64,000 nucleotides of DNA from Psammoneis japonica (taxonomy: Eukaryota), in the NCBI GenBank assembly GCA_008632985.1, contig QPGO01000140.1, positions 124,001 to 188,000 on the forward strand, written 5' to 3'. The position numbers were made by a program, and so were the translations under genes. Positions 58,791 to 64,000 of the stretch are shown piece by piece (position 1 is the stretch's first letter; the number at the start of each line of letters is the position of its first letter). The notes below the pieces were generated by a model. That model saw only the letters and a program-made list of their open reading frames with translations, was not told the origin of the DNA and did not search any database.

Positions 58791-61542
58791 TGCAGGACTT
58801 GAGTGACACTGCAAGAACCAACATCCAGCCCACTCTCATTGCAGAAGTTGCTGGAGTGAGGGCAAAAGAGCATCTTCTTTTTGTTGTGCAATTTCAACTC
58901 ATTCTTTGACATGTGTTGGATGTTGCAAGTGCCAGTGCACAGAGTTGCACCATTGACCAATGTGCTTTGTTAGAGCAGAAGAAAGAGTGCAGGGTTGTCT
59001 TGCAGCATTCTTCTGTGCCATCTGATGGGGGGAGAAGCAGCCACACTGGCGTTCCGTCTGCTCCAGATGCTGGCAGGAAGTGGCGCTCTCTCTCTCTCTC
59101 TCTCTGGAGACAGCTGGAATGGAGACTGCTTGCCCCCACCCCTGCGCACTGCACTGTTTTTTTTTAGAGGGAGCTTTCCATGGGCCAATCATTGATTGAG
59201 GCCCTTGATCAATGCAAAGCCAACGATTTGGTGAGAATCCGAGCTCAAGCAAGGTGTCCATTTCCACCAAAACCATCAATCAACGGGAGTGTAATGGCCG
59301 GTCAATCAAGAAAACTGATGGACAGACTGCTCCATCTTGCCAGAGCAGAGATCAAGCCATCCACTTGTGAGGTCTGCAGGTCATGTGGAAAGAAGAAAGG
59401 AAGAAACGGCCCTCTGTGTGGATGATGGTGCAAAGGTTTCCACTCTGGGACAACTGCCAGAACAGCTCCTGATTGAAGCAAACCATTCTTGCATGCAGCA
59501 AAGGGCAAGAAGCCTCATGTGGGCATTGCATTTGTTGCTCCAAGGCTTTGAAAAGTCCTCTTGTTGCTTTTTTGAGAAGATGCCTGGAGGATGCAGTTGT
59601 TTGCCACAGAGTTGGTTGAACCAGCACAACCACCAGAGCCTTGTCATGTGCCTCTGAGGGTCTTCATCCACCCACGCTTTTCATGTGTGGTGACTCCATG
59701 GACTCCTGCTGCCTGGCTGCTGCTGGCTGGCCGAACTGACAACCATGGTCTGGAACCCACCCAGGAGGGGGAGGCATCAGAAATGAGCTGAGACCCAGTG
59801 CGGGCACCAGCACACCAAAAAGCTTGTGACTCTTGCAATCAGTTGACAAGAGAAGTGCTGCTGTCATTGCCAAACAGCTGTCTGGGGTTAAAAGCTCTTG
59901 CACCAGAGTCAACCTTGCAGGTGCAGAGAGAGATTGAGTTGCATGACTTGTTGTTGACCCAGATGTGCTCTCTTTTTGGGTCCAAAACTCATTGAGCTCC
60001 TTGAAGCCAACAACAGCACCTGATCATGGTGAGAATCTGCACCCCTTGTGCAATTGAAAAAAACCCCTTTCTGTGGAGAGGGGGGTTGGCCCAAGCAGGC
60101 TCAGGATGAGAGTTGTCAGAAGGCAAAAGGGAGCTTCATCGAGCATTCTGAAATGACAGTGTTGTGGCGGGTTGCCCAAATGCACAGATTGTGTTTGCAA
60201 AAGGAGTGATGAGAAAAACAAAAAGAGCGAGTGTGCATGAGAAGCAGAGGTGAGCCTCTTGATGTTGAAGCTTGGCATGGGAAAGGTTTTCATGGCAAGT
60301 GACCACATCACATTTTGTTGTTCAAAGCTCAAAATCCACCTCGCTGCCCTCGTCATCCTGTGCAGAAACATCTGCACAGTTGAAAAAAATGAAAACAAGT
60401 GCAGAGTGGCACACTGCCACCTGTGGGGAACAGTGCAGCATTTTCAAGCAAGGGTGCATCATGTCAGTGTGACCACTTCCCAAGCAAAGTTTCACACTCC
60501 ATTTTCTGCAAGCCCAACAAAACATGCTCCCCACCTGCCCATCATGTGCCACACTTGCATTTTTTTGTCATGCCACTTTGAGGTTCACCGCTGCACACCA
60601 TCACCAAATTTGGAAAAATGCAAAAGCAAAGGGCTTGAAGAATTCCATCCAATGACGGCATCATGTGCAAGGTCTCAGACTTTTTTTCATCTTTGCCTCA
60701 AATGAACAAGTGTCACATTTTCAACTGTGCAACAACTGTGGGCTTGTGCAGGGTGCCCACTGCTGACAGGACCCAAGCGATGTTTTGTTTGTTGAGAGAA
60801 AGGTGGCACAATTGTCAAGAAAGTCTGCTCTTGTTGCTCAAATCTTGCAATGTGCAGGTGTGAGTTGCAGGCTCAAGGTGGCAACTTTCCATGCAAATGG
60901 CAGCTTTTTGTTGTTTCTTGTGCATCAGATCTTTTCTTTTTGTTGAAATGAAAAGAGCCCCCCTGTTTGTGTTCCTGTGCCTGTGATTGTGCCAGAGGAT
61001 GTTGCGCCAGCATGATTGCACAGTGGCAGTGTGATGTGGGAAAGCTTGTTCTTGTCACAAGTTTTTTTCTGATTTCACAGTTTTTTGATTTGTTGGCAAG
61101 GCAATCTGGCTCTGCAGTGGCCCAAGCGCTGTGCACATGAATTGTGCCAAGACATCAAGAACCCCCAAGCTGGGAGAGCCTAGACTTCCAAAGAGACACA
61201 CCTTGCTCTGCACAACCTTTTGCGTCCTTGCTCCTGCCCCTTCTCTCCCTGTGCCTCTGGCAACCACCACCCGCCAATCTGTCCATCTGCCCACTCTTGC
61301 TGGTGTGGCATGCACACAGCCCACTTGTTTTGGACAAGCAACATGTGTTGTGGCTCTCACAACTTCATTTGATCTCTTTGGCTGCACCCTGATGCATTTC
61401 CTCCCTGGTTTCTGTGCTGTGTTGCTGGCTTGCCCTTTGTTGCAGGCACAACGAGACCTTTCCTGGATTTTTGTGTGGTGTGTGTCCAACGTTCCAGCCA
61501 GCCTCATCCTTTTTACAAAGTCCAGCTTGTGAACTTGCGCTG

Positions 61543-61544
<2 letters not shown>

Positions 61545-61586
<42 letters not shown>
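61545..61586. repeat. (CA)n microsatellite; (GA)n/(CT)n tracts also near 31545, 50822, 51034 and 59086
   Basis: Directly visible dinucleotide runs. Confidence 0.95.
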
Positions 61587-61589
<3 letters not shown>

Positions 61590-62815
61590 GACACAAGTGC
61601 TGCACATGCACAGCTCCTGGCAAGGTCAGGACAGGATTGCCATTTTTCAAATGGACACAACTGCATTCATGTGGCTTCATTTCTCTGACCTCTGACAGCA
61701 CTTGGCATCGCTGAAAAGCTCACCTCAATGTCTTGCCATCTGGTCAGTGAGTGGGGACAATGTTGCCCCCACATTCTGCACAGCTCTCATCAGCAGTGTG
61801 CAACTGTGGACAACATTGCTCAGTGCAGTCAAAAAAGTTGTTCTTCCCCTTGCAACAAACAGCTTCTTTGCTGCTGCTCATGACGGACGATGCTCTTTTC
61901 TGTCGGGGGCATCTGGCACAGAGGAGGTGTGCTGCGTCCAGAAGTCACGTGAACCACCCCCCTGCAGGAAGCTGAAAGATGGCTCTGTTCAATTTTAAAA
62001 AGGTGCAGTGAGCTTGGCTTTTTGGCCAGCAAAAATTGTCAGACTTTAGAAAAATGAACGTGGCATCGCTTGTTGCACCTTGTTGGCACAAAAAGCAACA
62101 AAGAGATTGCTGTGACATGCTGGTGTGTGTGTGCATGTGGGTGAGGGGTGGGGTTGGGGCATTTGAGGGAATGTGACCCTGGTGTTTTGTGCACAGTTGG
62201 TTGAGTGTGTGGTGGTTGTGGCTGTGGCAGCAACTTTCCTTGGTGCAAAGATTTGTCAGCTTCAAAAGTCGGGAAATTGCTGGGGGACTTTGAAAAACGC
62301 TGGTGCCAAGCAAAACAGCTCTCTCCCCTGAGTTGCCATTGCATCAAGTGTGTTGTGTTGTCCTCACACTGTGTTGACTTGCTCTGGGGCTCCCAACAGG
62401 CCAGCGATTGTCTCAGCAGCAGGGTGCTCGCTGGCTGGTGCTGCGCGCTCATGCTGCTGGCAGTCTGTGTCATTGCAGTCGACTGGTGCCCTGCCTCCTC
62501 CTGGCCAAAGCTGTGGGCACTCCTGCAGACATGCCAGAGCTGAGAAAAGCTGCTTTGCAAACAAATGTGCTCCTGCTGCAGAAGCTGCTGATCTCCAAAG
62601 CAACAAGAAGTGTGTGTGTCACCACGAGGATGAAGCGCTGTCGCAGCTCTCAAAAACATGTCAGCAAGATAAGAGCCATACCGTAGTAGAATGAAGCAGC
62701 CACACTGACATTCCAGAGAGTTGTCTTCGTGGAAGTCAGTACAAAATCTACGCGACCTCCCCGTCGCCAATCAACTGTGTCAAGAGCATCAAGAGGGAGC
62801 ATAGTGAGTTTGACC

Positions 62816-64000
62816 ATGGCGCCTCGATCGCAAGACGACTCCGCTGCTCTCTTGCGTGAGTTGTATCAGCACAATGATTATTTCGATTCAGTCGTTGACA
62901 TGATCCCTGCGAAGCTCTACGTTGCAGGGAACTCGGGTAAGACACAAGCACAGAAAGCTAGCTGCAGAACACAACATACCGCTAGGATCTAGAATCACTC
63001 GGGATTGCTAACTCATTATTTGAACTCACTTGTTCTTTTCTCAAGGCGATGGTGACGCTCTGAATAGCAAATACTTCAAGGGACAGCACAAGGAGTCAAA
63101 AGAGCTGAAGCGAGCTCGTACAAAGGCTGCGAAACGAGCAAAGTACGACCCGGATCAAAGCGAATCAACGACTGAAACAAAAGTGAAGAAGGAACAGCAG
63201 CAGCACGAAGAAGCGAGTAAGGAACTAAGCCAGTTGGTAAGCTCTGAAGCTGTTGAGGATATGCGAGTTGATGGGAGCGAAGAGGCAGCGAAAGAGACGA
63301 AAACGCAAGGCAGCGCTGATAACAAGTCGCGAATCGAGGCTCTGAGAGCTAAACTGCACGCCAAGATTGCGGAGAAACGAGCTCAGCGTCCCATGAGCGA
63401 CGCTTCTACCATCAGCAAGCGTGCTGCGCGACGTGCCGAGAAACAGAGACGCCAAAAAGAGGCTCAAGGGAAAAAGAAGAACCGAGTGAATAACCAATCT
63501 TCTCCCTCTGTAGCACACGCAATTACAGCTTCCAACGCTGCGACTCCTGATATCATCCCATCTCCCATGGATGATTTGAAGCATTTGGATTTTGGAACCT
63601 TGGCTGGACTGAACAACATTTCCACCAAAAAGAACAACAAGAGTCTTCTCAATCTCAACAAGACCAAGAACTTGGAGAAGATGCTTCACGACGCCGAACA
63701 AAAGAAGCAAAAGCTACAGGAGCTGAAAGAGTCGGCTGCTCAAGAGGACAACGAGCAGGCAAAGGGTATCATGTGGAAGGATGCTCTCAAGGAAGCCAGT
63801 GGAGAGCGCGTCAAGGATGATCCAGCACATATCAAGAAGCTGTTGAAACGCAAGGTTGCGAAAAAGAAGAAGTCGCAAGTCGCCTGGAAGTCGCGTTTGA
63901 CCCAAGTTCAGCAACAGGCCCAAGACCGGCAGTCGAAGCGTCAAGCCAATTTGCAACAGCGACGACAAACCGGAGTCAATAAGAAACAAGTGGATCAACC
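62816..64000 (+). CDS. SURF6: SURF6/RRP14 nucleolar ribosome-biogenesis protein; 3' end lies beyond the window
   Basis: N-terminal HNDYFDSVVDMIPAKLY (RRP14 domain); intron 62937-63045; C-terminal WKDALKEASGERVKDD...KRK..KKKKS..AW.SR (SURF6 domain). Confidence 0.88.

Larger units (their letters stand above)
57250..62670. other. Decayed domain depleted of TpA and CpG; similar tracts at about 8810-9640, 30135-31620, 32020-33290, 39700-41625 and 43450-46900
   Basis: Almost no TA, few CG, excess TG/CA, no intact gene. Confidence 0.8.

Noticed and set aside
12650..62670. Hundreds of short Cys/His-rich ORFs in all six frames of the decayed domains
   Set aside because: Loss of TA removes TAA/TAG stops and inflates TGY/CAY codons, so these ORFs are a compositional artefact, not metal-binding peptides.

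Overview
Eukaryotic nuclear DNA, most likely from a diatom. The evidence is short GT-AG introns, diatom-type Copia elements and a class C GPCR. The window alternates sharply between ordinary gene islands and repeat or decayed domains. Gene islands encode a bestrophin, a double SGNH hydrolase, a class C GPCR, a SnoaL-like cyclase, a glycosyltransferase, a ClC channel, SURF6/RRP14 and an [FeFe]-hydrogenase fused to a flavodoxin/FAD/NAD(P)H (CPR/CysJ-like) reductase. Repeat domains hold a DIRS-order tyrosine-recombinase retrotransposon with split direct repeats, two nested Copia LTR elements with intact TSDs, a 445-bp TRIM carrying tRNA-like Pol III boxes, a MITE, and decayed ArsM and RdRP-like gene copies. 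The most striking signal is repeat-restricted conversion of TpA to TpG/CpA, the reverse of fungal RIP. It appears in LTR pairs, in tandem repeat copies and as systematic Tyr->Cys/His substitutions, while CpGs in the young elements are largely untouched. Family assignments come from motifs recognised by eye. Several genes carry 1-bp frameshifts that may be long-read errors.
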